Positions 35,346 through 35,917 of a stretch of 35,917 bases of DNA are shown in pieces. This stretch comes from Desulfuromonadaceae bacterium (lineage in GTDB: Bacteria > Desulfobacterota > Desulfuromonadia > Geobacterales > Pseudopelobacteraceae). Each line of letters starts with the position of its first letter. Position 1 is the first letter of the stretch. The position numbers and the translations under genes were made by a program. The notes beneath the pieces were generated by a model that was given only the letters and a program-made list of their open reading frames with translations, did no database searches and had not been told where the DNA came from. The stretch covers positions 1-35,917 of the forward strand of contig JBAVTM010000108.1 in NCBI GenBank assembly GCA_049696195.1, written 5' to 3'.

Positions 35346-35917
35346 TCATTGTCTCCCGTAACCGAGCGCCTTGAAATCAATCCTGCCATTTGCGTCATGG
35401 CAGTCGTCGCATTTCAGCGCCTCGGCTTTCGGTGCGACCTGATGGTTCACCGAAACCAGCATGGTTTGCTGTTTCGCCTTCCATTTCCCGCTGTACGGCT
35501 GTTTTGCCTCTGCAGCCCCCTTGGCGGCCGCGGCTCCAGGATCTCCGGTGAGAGCATACACCGCGGTTTTCAAGGGGAGGGGCATGCCGGTTGCGGCATC
35601 GGCGATAATAGTACAGTTAATCCGTTGCCACGGATAAATGCGGGCCTGGCGGTCCCGTTTCGATCCCACCGGGTCCCATGCGCTGCGCATGGTCCTGTTC
35701 CACCAGAGATATTCGGGCTTCAGACGTCTACTCTGTTTGATGGCAGGTTCAAAAAGACCGCTCTTTCCGTTTTTTATCGGGGTGGTCCAGTCGATATCCG
35801 TCACCGCCGGCGCATTGGCATAACGGGCTATTGACGGTACATGACAGGTCTGGCAGGCGATTCTATAGCAGTGTCTGTTCAACTGCGGCCCGGTTTCTCC
35901 CTTGTGCGGATTCTCCG
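35346..35917 (-). CDS. Multihaem c-type cytochrome, 5'-partial (runs off the window)
   Basis: The frame stays open to nt 35917 (..ENPHKGETGPQLNRHCYRIACQTCH). CQTCH and CDDCH haem motifs are visible. Confidence 0.8.
   Translation of the reverse strand, partial: ENPHKGETGPQLNRHCYRIACQTCHVPSIARYANAPAVTDIDWTTPIKNGKSGLFEPAIKQSRRLKPEYLWWNRTMRSAWDPVGSKRDRQARIYPWQRINCTIIADAATGMPLPLKTAVYALTGDPGAAAAKGAAEAKQPYSGKWKAKQQTMLVSVNHQVAPKAEALKCDDCHDANGRIDFKALGYGRQ

Overview
This 35.9-kb chromosomal window holds about 40 protein genes and one tRNA. The gene content includes multihaem c-type cytochromes, a sigma54 enhancer-binding regulator, two B12-type radical SAM enzymes, FabI, HflX, UbiE/MenG, Tpx and PolA. 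That content and the moderately high GC suggest a Desulfuromonadales/Geobacter-like deltaproteobacterium, but this is inference only. Most of the window is ordinary housekeeping DNA with tight, often overlapping genes and clear hairpin terminators between convergent genes.

The one clearly accessory patch is about 7.56-11.8 kb, next to tRNA-Arg(ACG). A 48-nt copy of the tRNA 3' half lies 2.8 kb downstream of the intact gene. A second, more decayed copy of the terminator plus tRNA-end module lies a further 1.3 kb away. Together they bracket two AT-richer cassettes. One carries a DUF3494 ice-binding-like secreted protein. The other carries an orphan sigma54 response regulator beside a sigma54-type promoter and a secreted protein built from a 108-bp tandem repeat. 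No integrase is present.

Other points worth a second look:
- a diadenylate cyclase fused to YbbR/CdaR-like domains;
- an exact sigma54 -24/-12 promoter in front of a LysM-NlpC/P60 plus radical SAM-TPR gene pair;
- a radical SAM enzyme whose cluster motif reads CX4CX2C;
- an unlisted 58-aa ORF with 9 cysteines;
- a homopolymer frameshift in a spermidine synthase-like gene;
- a roughly 30-residue low-complexity insertion in the PolA proofreading domain.

I found no CRISPR array, transposase, integrase, recognisable defence system or toxin-antitoxin pair. I cannot claim a clearly novel multi-gene system from sequence alone.
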